DNA of 64,000 bases from Sphingobacteriaceae bacterium (GCA_041743935.1 JBGTLU010000061.1:23247-87246), one strand, 5' to 3'; numbered from the stretch's first letter, positions 49,266 to 58,133 are shown. Numbers and translations: made by a program. Notes: generated from the sequence alone by a model not told the origin.

Positions 49266-50036
49266 CTAATTAAAACGGCGAGGAACAGTAAACGGAAAAT
49301 CTAATGGTTCATCTATGGTTATTCGATTAAACTTAATATCTAATTGCAAGATGCTTTTTATGGTTTTTGATAACAGATTTACGTTCTGAGGTAATAATTG
49401 ATTATTAAAAGTTGCAAAGTTAGAATACGTAGCATTAATACTTTGCGTTGCTTTTTTATCGTGAATATAAATCCTAGTTGTTTTTAAATTTTCATTGAAA
49501 TAAAAAATATGTTCTAAGCTATCCATCTCACCTGATAATGTGGTTAGCCCATCTGTAAAACCAATTGCATCTGTTTTGCCAATAAAATTATCTAATTTAT
49601 TTCCCAGTAAAATGGCTTGTAAGGTTCCAAAATCAACATCTTCATTGGTGAAATTTTGTACGTATTTTATGTCGTTTTGTTGATACTCTCCTGCTAATCT
49701 ATTGATGATTTTAATGCTATCGGGGGTAATGAGTGCTCTAATGGCTTCAAAGCCCAAAGCCGTAATAGAAGCCCAAATTACTTTGTCTTTTTGCATTCTT
49801 AGGTTGATGATAACATCGTATACTTTGCCATCTGCAACTAATTCTGCTTTGCCTCGCGCAGATAAATACTCGAACTTAAACTCAGCGCTATCTGTTCTTT
49901 CTAAAAACTGATTTCGTTCTACGTCATCTTTAGATAGTTCTTCTAAAACCAACACAGGCTCCACTAAAACAACATTTTTTGTTTTACACGAAGTAAAAAC
50001 GAGTGCTAAAACTGCCAGTACAAGCAGTTTATTCAT
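49266..50036 (-). CDS. DUF4292-family lipoprotein (LolA/LolB-like fold family by recollection)
   Basis: The signal/lipobox MNKLLVLAVLALVFTSC sets the start at 50036 (the track ORF starts 10 codons earlier). Its position between the TPR gene and the M23 gene is the conserved Bacteroidota arrangement. Confidence 0.6.
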   Translation of the reverse strand: MNKLLVLAVLALVFTSCKTKNVVLVEPVLVLEELSKDDVERNQFLERTDSAEFKFEYLSARGKAELVADGKVYDVIINLRMQKDKVIWASITALGFEAIRALITPDSIKIINRLAGEYQQNDIKYVQNFTNEDVDFGTLQAILLGNKLDNFIGKTDAIGFTDGLTTLSGEMDSLEHIFYFNENLKTTRIYIHDKKATQSINATYSNFATFNNQLLPQNVNLLSKTIKSILQLDIKFNRITIDEPLDFPFTVPRRFN

Positions 50037-51777
50037 ATAATTTTTTGTCATTAATTTTTTTATCAATCCATTTTGATTGTAATCCTAAGCTTTTCGCTTT
50101 TATCCATTGTGCGTGTGCTTCTTCTTTTCTATCTAGTTTAAATAGAATATCTCCATAGTGTTCAATAAGGGTAGCGCTATTATTGGTATCGGCAGCGATT
50201 GCTTTTTCTATCCAAATTAAAGCCTCTTTATAGTTGCCCATTTTATATAATATCCAGGCATAGGTATCTAAAAAAGCAGCATTATCTTTAACCAATTCAT
50301 TGCTTTTTCTTGACATTTCTTCGGCTCGTGCCAAATTTTTACCTCGTACACTTAAGTAATAAGCATAATTATTTAAAACCAACGTATATTCTGGGTTTAT
50401 CTTTAGCGCTTCCTCAAATGCCTTATCCGATTCAGTATGGTTTTCCAAGTTGTGGTATGCATCTCCTAGACTAGTGAAAAATTCTAATCTTAACTCTTTA
50501 TTTCCGGAGGATAAGGAAAGTCCACTCCTTAATACTGATATACTCGATTGGTAATTTTTATTTTGGTTTTTAGCTATACCAGTAAATAAATATAATAATG
50601 CCTGGTTCGGAAAATAGGTTAGGGCATCGTCCCCAATAGTTTCTGCTTTTAAAAAATTACCTGCAATTAGTTGCAGCCTTACCATCTGCTCCCAATATGC
50701 ATAAGTTTGTTTATCCAAATTCAATACTTTTTCATATTGTGCCGATGCCTTTTCATAATCCATTGCATCAATCAAAATATCGCCATAAATTGCTAATACT
50801 TTGGGTTCATTGCTGTGGGTTTGAGCTAAAATTTGTATGAGATCTAATTCTTCTTCTTTGTTTCGGTTGGGGTAATCTTTAAAATATGAACTGTATAAAA
50901 TTCTAAGTTTTTCATCAGAAGAAATTTCAGAGTCTGCCAATCCCTTTTTTAGCGATTGAAATGCTGCGTTTTTATCTCCTTTATTAAATTGAAAATTAGC
51001 AATGTAAAGATGTATTAACCCATTTTGTGGAGCTATTAAAAGGGCGCGTTCATATGTTTCTACTTGTTTATCTGGCTTTTGCCATAAATCATAAATATCG
51101 GCCAAATTAAAATAATAGCGTTCATCGGTAGGATTTAAAGCAATCATTTTTTCTAAATCTGCAATGGCGTTTTCATATTGCCCGGCTCGTAAATACAGTT
51201 TTTGTTTCTGTAAAAGTGTTTGTTCTGTAGTGCCAATAAGTTCTTCTATTTTAGCATAAACCATCAACGCTTCTGTGGCGTTATTTGCTAATTCTAAATT
51301 TAGAGCTTTATTGAAATACAATTCTACATTTGAAGGATTTAATGCGATAGCATTAGTTAAAGCATTTGCGGCATTTTGGTAATCTCTACTTGCATTGTAG
51401 GCATCTGCCTGTAGGGTATAATACCAAACCTCATTTGGATAAAGTTCTATGGCTTTATTTATAGATGATAATGCGCTAGAAAACTCTGCATTATTGGTAT
51501 ATATCAGTGCTATCTCATAAAAAGCAGCATGTGCAGTAGGATCAATTTCTATACACCGATTAAAGTTTTGTAAGGCTGCCGTAGCATTCCCCAGAGTTTT
51601 CTCTTTTAATCCATTATGAAAGAAAAACTTAAATTGAATTAATTCTCTTTCGCCAAGTGTGTTCTGAACAATAGGAATTGGATTATTGTTCGTAGTACGA
51701 TTTCCGCGCTGCGCACTTACCACCGAAGTAAACATCGCTAACGTGAAAACCAAACTTATAATCCTACAATAATTCAT
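50029..51777 (-). CDS. TPR repeat protein, secreted
   Basis: 582 aa with a signal peptide and many 34-aa TPR units, e.g. AHAAFYEIALIYTNNAEFSSALSSINKAIELYP and YTLVLNNYAYYLSVRGKNLARAEEMSRKSNEL. Confidence 0.85.
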   Translation of the reverse strand: MNYCRIISLVFTLAMFTSVVSAQRGNRTTNNNPIPIVQNTLGERELIQFKFFFHNGLKEKTLGNATAALQNFNRCIEIDPTAHAAFYEIALIYTNNAEFSSALSSINKAIELYPNEVWYYTLQADAYNASRDYQNAANALTNAIALNPSNVELYFNKALNLELANNATEALMVYAKIEELIGTTEQTLLQKQKLYLRAGQYENAIADLEKMIALNPTDERYYFNLADIYDLWQKPDKQVETYERALLIAPQNGLIHLYIANFQFNKGDKNAAFQSLKKGLADSEISSDEKLRILYSSYFKDYPNRNKEEELDLIQILAQTHSNEPKVLAIYGDILIDAMDYEKASAQYEKVLNLDKQTYAYWEQMVRLQLIAGNFLKAETIGDDALTYFPNQALLYLFTGIAKNQNKNYQSSISVLRSGLSLSSGNKELRLEFFTSLGDAYHNLENHTESDKAFEEALKINPEYTLVLNNYAYYLSVRGKNLARAEEMSRKSNELVKDNAAFLDTYAWILYKMGNYKEALIWIEKAIAADTNNSATLIEHYGDILFKLDRKEEAHAQWIKAKSLGLQSKWIDKKINDKKLYE

Positions 51778-51780
51778 TCT

Positions 51781-52788
51781 TTACTTTTTTGTGGTTGAAT
51801 AATCACCCAAACTTAAATCATCTGGTTTGCCATCATATTCGGCAAAATTTCCGATCATGGAGTTGGCAATGTTGGCATTATTTATTTTAGTATTGGTTTG
51901 GATAATGCTGTTCTTTAAAACAGAGTTTGCAATTTTTGTTCCAATCCCTACAGATACATGCGGACCAACGACCGAATTTTCAATTACCACCCCATCACCA
52001 ATAAAACATGGCTCAATTACAACCGATTGATTAATTTTAGCCGTTTCGGAAATTAATTTTTCGCTCGATTTTATAAACTCTAACACACGTTGATTAGTAT
52101 AAACTGTCGCATTTTTATTACCACAATCTAGCCATTCGGTTACTTGTCCAGGAGAAAACTTGGTTCCCTTGGCTTTCATGTTTTCAAGAGCATTGGTTAA
52201 CTGGTATTCTCCTTTTTCTTTTATATCATTATCTAATAAGTATTTTATTTCTTCACGTAGATAGGCGCCATCTTTAAAATAATAAATACCTATAATAGCC
52301 AAATCAGAAACGAAAGTTTCTGGCTTTTCTACAAAATCAGTTATTACGTTATTAGCATCAAGTTTAACCACACCAAAAGCCCTCGGGTCTTCAATTTGTT
52401 GTACCCAAATAATGCCGTCTTTGGTAGAGTCTAAGGTAAAATCGGCCTTAAATAACGTATCGGCAAAAGCAACAACCACGTTACCTTGTAAGCTTTTTTC
52501 GGCACAAAAAATAGCATGAGCAGTTCCCAATGGTTCATCTTGGTAGTAAATGGTTCCTTTAGCACCCAAACTTTCGGCAACTTGAATTAAGTTTTCTTCT
52601 GCCTCATCGCCAAATCTGCCAATAATGTAAGCCACTTCTTCTACTTTTTGGTTACACACTTTAGCAATATCTTCTACCAAACGTTGCACAATAGGTTTGC
52701 CGGCAATCGGGATTAAAGGTTTAGGGGTAGTTAGTGTGTGTGGGCGCATTCTTTTGCCCATACCAGCCATTGGTACTATAATTCTCAT
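51781..52788 (-). CDS. sugar-phosphate nucleotidyltransferase with C-terminal left-handed beta-helix
   Basis: 335 aa. The N-terminal IVPMAGMGKRMRPHTLTTPKPLIPIAGKPIV is the NTP_transferase G-x-G-x-R loop. Hexapeptide repeats lie at the C-terminus. Confidence 0.85.
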   Translation of the reverse strand: MRIIVPMAGMGKRMRPHTLTTPKPLIPIAGKPIVQRLVEDIAKVCNQKVEEVAYIIGRFGDEAEENLIQVAESLGAKGTIYYQDEPLGTAHAIFCAEKSLQGNVVVAFADTLFKADFTLDSTKDGIIWVQQIEDPRAFGVVKLDANNVITDFVEKPETFVSDLAIIGIYYFKDGAYLREEIKYLLDNDIKEKGEYQLTNALENMKAKGTKFSPGQVTEWLDCGNKNATVYTNQRVLEFIKSSEKLISETAKINQSVVIEPCFIGDGVVIENSVVGPHVSVGIGTKIANSVLKNSIIQTNTKINNANIANSMIGNFAEYDGKPDDLSLGDYSTTKK

Positions 52789-52816
52789 GTTATTTTTTTA
52801 ATGGTTTGATGTTTTA

Positions 52817-53248
52817 TTATTTTCCTGTACTTCCGTAACCTCCTGCACCACGTTCGGTAGGTTGTAATTCTTCTACCAAAAGCCAACTTACTCGTTCGTG
52901 CTTGGCAATAATTAGCTGTGCTATTCTATCGCCGTTTTGAATTTCAAAATCCGTTTCCGAAAAATTAATTAACAAAACTTTTATTTCACCACGGTAATCG
53001 GCATCAATGGTTCCTGGCGAATTTAGTAAAGTAATGCCTGATTTTAAAGCTAAACCGCTTCGTGGTCTTACTTGTGCTTCAAATCCATCGGGTAATTCAA
53101 TATATAAACCTGTTGGAACCAGTAAACGTTGCATGGGTTTAAGCACTAATTTTTCGGGTATAAAAGCTCTCAAATCCATGCCAGCTGATGAGGAAGTTTC
53201 GTATGCCGGTAGCGGATGGTCGGAAGTATTAATGATTTTTACTTGCAT
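52817..53248 (-). CDS. dut: dUTP diphosphatase
   Basis: 143 aa with the motifs [33 protein letters not shown] and [10 protein letters not shown]. Confidence 0.96.
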   Translation of the reverse strand: MQVKIINTSDHPLPAYETSSSAGMDLRAFIPEKLVLKPMQRLLVPTGLYIELPDGFEAQVRPRSGLALKSGITLLNSPGTIDADYRGEIKVLLINFSETDFEIQNGDRIAQLIIAKHERVSWLLVEELQPTERGAGGYGSTGK

Positions 53249-54741
53249 TACGATTTTATTGGTTTACGTTCGATGAAAAAAAGAAGAGCACTGAATGCGA
53301 TAAACATGCTGGTTAAAAAAGATTGCCTCAGAATTGGTGATTCTGACATGTTTTCTGATAATGCCGAAACCAGAAAATAGAATGCAGCAGTAAGAAATAA
53401 GTACATTAAAATTCTTCTGGTATTGTACGGAACCGTAAAGTGTTTCTGACCTACAACATAACAAGCAAAAGCCATTATAAAATAACAAGCAAAGGTGGCA
53501 TATGCGGCTCCAATATAACCGTGTATAGGTATTAACCAAACGTTTAATCCGATGGTTACCGCGGCACCCAAAAAAGTAAAATAAAGACCATACATGGTTT
53601 TATCGGCCAATTTATACCAAATGCTCAGGTTGATGTAAATGCCCAAAAAGATATTAGCGAACAATATGATGGGCACTATGCTTAACGAATCTCTAAAATT
53701 TTCTCCCAAAAAATATTGGATAGCCTCCATGTGAAACATCACCCCTAAAAAAACGATGCAAGCAAATGCAACAAAATAATTCATGATACGGGCATAAATT
53801 GCTTTATTATCTTGTTGGTTTTGTACAGAGAAAAAAAATGGTTCGGCCGCCATTCGGTAAGCTTGTATTGCTAGAACCAGTAAAATCGCAATTTTGTAAG
53901 CCGCACTGTATAATCCAATTTGGGCTAAATTTTCTTCGGGCGAAAAAGGCAATAAAAACTGTAATAAAACTCTGTCAATGCTTTGGTTTACCATGCCCGC
54001 TAAGCCAGCGAAAAGTAGCGGGAAAGCATATATCATCATCTTTTTCCAAATCACAAAATCGAATTGGAGTTTGGTTAGTATAATTTCTTTATAAAGAAAT
54101 AAAAGCGTGAATGCACTTGCCACTAAATTGGCAATAAATACATATGCTATGCCCAAAGCTGGGTTATAAAAAAACACAAACTGTTCGAATCCATTTGCCA
54201 TTAACCAAGGGCAAAGCAGCAAATAATACAGATTTATACTAAAATTGATCGCGATATTAATCAGTTTAAGCGTAGCAAATCGGATGGCTTTGTTCTGATG
54301 CCGTAGTTTTGCAAACGGGATGGCGGTTATGGCATCTAATCCTAATATTAAAGCAAAATAATAGATGTATTGCTGTGCATTGCCAATATCCAACGCAATG
54401 GCTATTGGGTTGGCAAACAGAAATAATAAAGCAACAAACAACAGCGAGGATACTAAAATAGAACCCAAAGAAGTACTGTACACTTTGTTTTCATCTGCTT
54501 CTTTTTGTGAGCTAAACCTAAAATAGGCGGTTTCCATACCATACGTAAAAACGATAATGAGAAAGGTAATATAGACGTATAAAAGGCTTACGGTACCAAA
54601 CTCTACTCTATCAAAAACTCGGGTATGTAGTGGTACTAAAAAATAGTTGAATAAACGACCAACAATACTGCTAAGTCCATATATTGCGGTTTGCCCTAAT
54701 AGTTTTTTATATACCGACAAAGGAATTTTTTCTTTAAGCAA
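53248..54741 (-). CDS. MOP-superfamily polysaccharide/oligosaccharide flippase (Wzx-like)
   Basis: 497 aa with about 14 TM segments. The N-terminal [27 protein letters not shown] is typical of Bacteroidota 'polysaccharide biosynthesis protein' flippases encoded next to dut. Confidence 0.7.
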   Translation of the reverse strand: MLKEKIPLSVYKKLLGQTAIYGLSSIVGRLFNYFLVPLHTRVFDRVEFGTVSLLYVYITFLIIVFTYGMETAYFRFSSQKEADENKVYSTSLGSILVSSLLFVALLFLFANPIAIALDIGNAQQYIYYFALILGLDAITAIPFAKLRHQNKAIRFATLKLINIAINFSINLYYLLLCPWLMANGFEQFVFFYNPALGIAYVFIANLVASAFTLLFLYKEIILTKLQFDFVIWKKMMIYAFPLLFAGLAGMVNQSIDRVLLQFLLPFSPEENLAQIGLYSAAYKIAILLVLAIQAYRMAAEPFFFSVQNQQDNKAIYARIMNYFVAFACIVFLGVMFHMEAIQYFLGENFRDSLSIVPIILFANIFLGIYINLSIWYKLADKTMYGLYFTFLGAAVTIGLNVWLIPIHGYIGAAYATFACYFIMAFACYVVGQKHFTVPYNTRRILMYLFLTAAFYFLVSALSENMSESPILRQSFLTSMFIAFSALLFFIERKPIKS

Positions 54742-54882
54742 CCAAAGATATTGTTTTTTAGATAAGGGTATAGGATAGAATTTTACAACTAAACCGTTCC
54801 CTTAATTAGGCACATCACAAAGGTTATGTACTTTATTTAAACTTCTGAATAGCAATTGGCCACATAAAAAAATACCTGCATT

Positions 54883-54898
54883 TAAATTTGTACATTTG
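54883..54898 (+). promoter_or_regulatory. two abutting perfect -7 boxes (TAAATTTG TACATTTG) upstream of the cold-shock-domain gene
   Basis: Read directly at 54883-54890 and 54891-54898. They imply a 5' UTR of about 55-65 nt before the ATG at 54957. Confidence 0.5.
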
Positions 54899-54956
54899 TG
54901 CTTATCGCATAAAAACGTATACATGAGCGGTATTATTCATCACATTTAAACACACT

Positions 54957-55412
54957 ATGGGTAGATCACAAGAAACATTTAGTAAAAAAGAAAAAGAGAA
55001 GAAAAAGCTAAAGAAAAAGCAGGATAAAGAGCAAAAGAAGGAAGACCGTAAAGCCAATACCGATAAAGGAAAAGGCTTAGACGATATGATGGCCTATGTT
55101 GATGAAAATGGAAATATTACCGATACTCCACCAGATCCGAAAAAGAAAAAAGTAATTAAAACAGAAGATATTCAAATCGGAATATCTAGACAGGAACCCA
55201 TTGACCCTGCCGATTTAATAAGAAAAGGAACCGTTACGTTTTTTAATGATGCGAAAGGTTATGGTTTTATTAAAGATCTGGAAAGCCAAGAAAGCGTGTT
55301 TGTGCACGTAAACGGGTTAGAAACTCCTATAAAAGAAAATGATAAAGTAACTTTTGAAACAGAAATGGGCCAAAAAGGCTTAAATGCTATAAAAGTGAAA
55401 TTAACAGCGTAG
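54957..55412 (+). CDS. cold-shock-domain protein with Lys/Glu-rich N-terminal extension
   Basis: 151 aa. The C-terminal GTVTFFNDAKGYGFIKDLESQESVFVHVNGL carries the RNP1 (KGYGFI) and RNP2 (VFVHV) motifs. The N-terminal ~80 aa are KEKEKKKLKKKQDKEQKKEDRK-type low complexity. Confidence 0.9.
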   Translation: MGRSQETFSKKEKEKKKLKKKQDKEQKKEDRKANTDKGKGLDDMMAYVDENGNITDTPPDPKKKKVIKTEDIQIGISRQEPIDPADLIRKGTVTFFNDAKGYGFIKDLESQESVFVHVNGLETPIKENDKVTFETEMGQKGLNAIKVKLTA

Positions 55413-55436
55413 ATATTTTAGTTAAACAATAAGGTT

Positions 55437-55475
55437 AAAAGGCGGGCAATAAATTGTCCGCCTTTTGATTTTTAT
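55437..55475 (+). terminator. rho-independent terminator after the cold-shock-domain gene
   Basis: 13-bp stem AAAAGGCGGGCAA / TTGTCCGCCTTTT with one G-U pair and a 4-nt loop, followed by GATTTTT. Confidence 0.75.
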
Positions 55476-55498
55476 AAGGTCTTATCAAGAAATAAAGC

Positions 55499-55506
55499 TA
55501 CATTTG
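55499..55506 (+). promoter_or_regulatory. -7 promoter box TACATTTG upstream of the AraC pair
   Basis: Exact TAnnTTTG match, 50 nt upstream of the ATG at 55557. Confidence 0.4.
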
Positions 55507-55556
55507 AATAAACTGCCAAGATATATACCCGATACTTTTCTTACTAAAAGTTGCTT

Positions 55557-56135
55557 ATGAAGCTCTATATCAAGTACATGCTTAGCTTGCGTTGCAAGTT
55601 GGTTGTGAAAAACAAATTACATTCAATGGGAATTAATCTCCTCGCATTGACCGATTGCTCTATAAAAGTGATGCAAGATATTTCAGATAAACAGATTACT
55701 GACTTACAAAAATACCTTCTCAGCCATGGGTTAGTTATTTTAGACGAACCTGGTAGCATAATCCTAGATAATTTGAACAACGAAATTTGCCAGCATGTAA
55801 ATAATTATACCATTGGTGATATTGAAAGTATATTACCTAAAAAATTGCAAAAAGACTATGATTACCTAAATAAACTTTTCTCAGATGTATATGGTATTTC
55901 TATTCATACTAAAGTAAAACAAATACAAATAGAAAAAGTAAAGGAGCTATTGCTCTATGAGGACCTTAATTTAAAGGAAATTACAAAAACACTTCACTAC
56001 AAAAACACAGCTAGCCTTGCTTACTTATTTAAAAAAATAACCGGTTTAACTCCAGCTTATTACAAAAAACTTAAAAAGCAACGTGCTCATGTAATACAAA
56101 CTTATTCAAACCAAGCTATAAACTACCAGAGATGA
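55557..56135 (+). CDS. AraC-family transcriptional regulator, paralogue 1 (small N-terminal HMA-like domain + HTH_18)
   Basis: The C-terminal KVKELLLYEDLNLKEITKTLHYKNTASLAYLFKKITGLTPAYYKK is an AraC HTH. The N-terminal MKLYIKYMLSLRCKLVV resembles the MVCxRC start of a Bacteroidota AraC subgroup. I use ATG at 55557; the track ORF starts at TTG 55551. Confidence 0.8.
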   Translation: MKLYIKYMLSLRCKLVVKNKLHSMGINLLALTDCSIKVMQDISDKQITDLQKYLLSHGLVILDEPGSIILDNLNNEICQHVNNYTIGDIESILPKKLQKDYDYLNKLFSDVYGISIHTKVKQIQIEKVKELLLYEDLNLKEITKTLHYKNTASLAYLFKKITGLTPAYYKKLKKQRAHVIQTYSNQAINYQR

Positions 56136-56692
56136 AAATTTTCATAAAATACATGGTTAGCTTGCGTTGCAAAATGATTGTTGAACAAGGGTTGAAAAAA
56201 CTAGACATCAAACATGCTGTAGTTGAACTGGGCATGGTAGAGCTTTTTGAAGATATATCGGACGAACAACGATTAGCATTAAAAACTGTTCTTTTAAAAT
56301 GCGGTTTAGAGTTGCTAGATGATAAAAAGAATATTTTAGTAGAAAGAATTAAAACGGAAATCATAGAAATGATTCATTATAGTAATGAATTACCAAAGAT
56401 AAATTTCTCTGATCATTTAAGTGAAAAATTAAACCTCGACTATACGTATCTATCCAATACATTTTCTGAAGTAAAAGGTATTACAATACAGCAATATATT
56501 ATTCTACATAAGATAGAAAAAGTAAAAGAATTGCTTTTATATGATGAGTTAAGTTTAAAAGAAATATCCTATCAATTACACTACAGTAGTATAGCTCATT
56601 TATCCAATCAGTTTAAAAAAATTACAGGTTTAACTCCTAGTTATTATAAACAACTAAAGATTAAAAGATCGCAAAATCTAGAAAATCTGTAA
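56132..56692 (+). CDS. AraC-family transcriptional regulator, paralogue 2
   Basis: 186 aa: MKIFIKYMVSLRCKMIVEQ... The HTH segments are YLSNTFSEVKGITIQQYIILHKIEKVKELLLYDELSLKEISYQLHYSSIAHLSNQFKKITGLTPSYYK. The start overlaps the paralogue 1 stop as ATGA (56132-56135). Confidence 0.85.
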   Translation: MKIFIKYMVSLRCKMIVEQGLKKLDIKHAVVELGMVELFEDISDEQRLALKTVLLKCGLELLDDKKNILVERIKTEIIEMIHYSNELPKINFSDHLSEKLNLDYTYLSNTFSEVKGITIQQYIILHKIEKVKELLLYDELSLKEISYQLHYSSIAHLSNQFKKITGLTPSYYKQLKIKRSQNLENL

Positions 56693-56814
56693 ATTCTACA
56701 AGTTTAATGCATAACAATATAAAGGCATCCTAAGTTTAATCTATTACTTTTAGATAAGTAAAAATGTGTTTTACTTCTTGGTATCGCAAGTAACGATAAC
56801 TAAACTCAAACACT

Positions 56815-57135
56815 ATGAAAAAACTAGCTTTAAGTGTGCTTACAATAATAATGTTAGCTACTTTTAACCCCATGCAATCTTTAGCTATTAAAGAAAAAGT
56901 AACCGAAACATTGCCGGCATCAGCCCCAGTTGCAAATGCTCAAGTTACTATTATGCTAAATAGATTACAAGAAATTAAAGACATGGATAAAACGGAATTG
57001 AGCCGTTTAGAGAAAAAAGAATTACGTAACGAAGTAAAAGAAATTAAAGCCCAATTACGTGCTACCAACAATGGTGTATTCTTATCTGTGGGTGCAATTA
57101 TTATCATCATTTTATTATTAATTCTATTGGTATAA
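56815..57135 (+). CDS. hypothetical tail-anchored small protein (signal peptide, charged helix, C-terminal TM)
   Basis: 106 aa with the signal MKKLALSVLTIIMLATF. A charged helix follows (LNRLQEIKDMDKTELSRLEKKELRNEVKEIKAQLRA), and the C-terminal TM is GVFLSVGAIIIIILLLILLV. Confidence 0.6.
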   Translation: MKKLALSVLTIIMLATFNPMQSLAIKEKVTETLPASAPVANAQVTIMLNRLQEIKDMDKTELSRLEKKELRNEVKEIKAQLRATNNGVFLSVGAIIIIILLLILLV

Positions 57136-57210
57136 TACCTAATTAATATAGCAGGTATTAATAATGGTTTATGACATTTTAAAAAATTATATAAAATGTA
57201 TAAACCATTA
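57133..57210 (+). other. two consecutive AT-rich hairpins / palindromes in the intergenic region
   Basis: Hairpin 1 is TAATACCT (57133-57140, contains the stop codon) / AGGTATTA (57153-57160). Hairpin 2 spans 57162-57210. It has 19 bp (11 + 8) with a single G bulge at 57173 and a 10-nt loop: TAATGGTTTAT-g-ACATTTTA ... TAAAATGT-ATAAACCATTA. Confidence 0.6.
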
Positions 57211-57258
57211 ATAATTATAGGTTATTAATATTTACTTGTAACTAAAACTTAAAATCAT

Positions 57259-57435
57259 ATGTCTCTACTTAATGTACTAATTATCTTAATTGTTGCCGGT
57301 TTTATATTGTGGTTAATAAATAACTACATACCAATGGATAGTAAAATAAAAGGAATTTTTAATGTAATAGTAGTTATTGCATTAATAATTTGGCTTTTAA
57401 AAGTATTTGGATTATTTGATTCATTAACAATATAA
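57259..57435 (+). CDS. small 2-TM membrane protein (resembles the 'Thivi_2564 family membrane protein' pattern); not in the ORF track
   Basis: My translation is MSLLNVLIILIVAGFILWLINNYIPMDSKIKGIFNVIVVIALIIWLLKVFGLFDSLTI (58 aa), with ATG at 57259 and TAA at 57433-57435. The IPMD-x-KIK loop between two hydrophobic helices matches my recollection of that family. Confidence 0.65.
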   Translation: MSLLNVLIILIVAGFILWLINNYIPMDSKIKGIFNVIVVIALIIWLLKVFGLFDSLTI

Positions 57436-57440
57436 AAATC

Positions 57441-57635
57441 ATGAATTTAAAAAGAATTTTCGGGGCCATACTTACAGTATTGGGTATACTCGGTTTAATA
57501 TATGCTGCTGTGTTATTCGTTAACGGATCAGAAAACAGTGGTGGAATACGAACATTAGCAATTTATGGGGTTTTGGGTCTGGTATTTTTTATCGCCGGTA
57601 TTGGCTTGGTAAAAACCACCAAAGACGAAGCATAA
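57441..57635 (+). CDS. small 2-TM membrane protein
   Basis: 64 aa: MNLKRIFGAILTVLGILGLIYAAVLFVNGSENSGGIRTLAIYGVLGLVFFIAGIGLVKTTKDEA. It starts 5 nt after the previous small ORF. Confidence 0.6.
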   Translation: MNLKRIFGAILTVLGILGLIYAAVLFVNGSENSGGIRTLAIYGVLGLVFFIAGIGLVKTTKDEA

Positions 57636-57649
57636 ATTAATTGGAACGT

Positions 57650-57715
57650 GTGCATGTTACTTAAATAGAATTTAAAAAATTAGATTACATAGAATATTTA
57701 TTAAATAACATGCAC
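57650..57715 (+). promoter_or_regulatory. 10-bp perfect inverted repeat GTGCATGTTA ... TAACATGCAC whose right arm contains the start codon of the next ORF
   Basis: Arms lie at 57650-57659 and 57706-57715. Four further pairs (57661-57664 / 57701-57704) follow after one mismatch. The spacer is 46 nt and AT-rich. The ATG at 57710-57712 lies in the right arm. Confidence 0.4.
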
Positions 57716-57955
57716 AATTCTTATGCAAACTCAAATAAATTAATTAAAAATTGGCTCCAAATTTTTGAGGGTAATTTATTAGTATTAGTTATTCTATTAC
57801 TCTTTATAACCATACTACATTTAGGCTTCATCCTGTTCTTAGGAAAACTATTAAATAACATGTATTTAAGTGTTGTTTCGATAGTGATTTTTTACATAAT
57901 TACCGGAGGTGTTTTCTATATATTTTCTAGAATTAACAGAAAAACTGGTTTATAA
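57710..57955 (+). CDS. hypothetical small membrane protein (2 TM)
   Basis: 81-aa ORF with two long hydrophobic segments (LLVLVILLLFITILHLGFILFLG and LSVVSIVIFYIITGGVFYIF). No family is recognised. Confidence 0.45.
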   Translation: MHNSYANSNKLIKNWLQIFEGNLLVLVILLLFITILHLGFILFLGKLLNNMYLSVVSIVIFYIITGGVFYIFSRINRKTGL

Positions 57956-58058
57956 TAATCAAACTATCTATTAAATTATTTTGTAGTGGTGATTAGTATA
58001 ATTAATTAGTTAACAGATATATAAATTAATAATCATACGTTTTAATACCATTCAACAA

Positions 58059-58083
58059 TTATATCAATCTGTAATTGATATAA
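58059..58083. promoter_or_regulatory. perfect 10-bp inverted repeat TTATATCAAT-N5-ATTGATATAA, operator candidate
   Basis: Read directly. The site ends 42 nt upstream of the -7 box at 58126, in the -35 to -60 region of that promoter. Confidence 0.35.
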
Positions 58084-58125
58084 CATTTTATAATTTCAAT
58101 ATAATATACTATTTAATTATACATC

Positions 58126-58133
58126 TACATTTG
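58126..58133 (+). promoter_or_regulatory. -7 promoter box TACATTTG for the lmo0937-like small gene
   Basis: Exact TAnnTTTG match, 32 nt upstream of the ATG at 58166. Confidence 0.45.
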
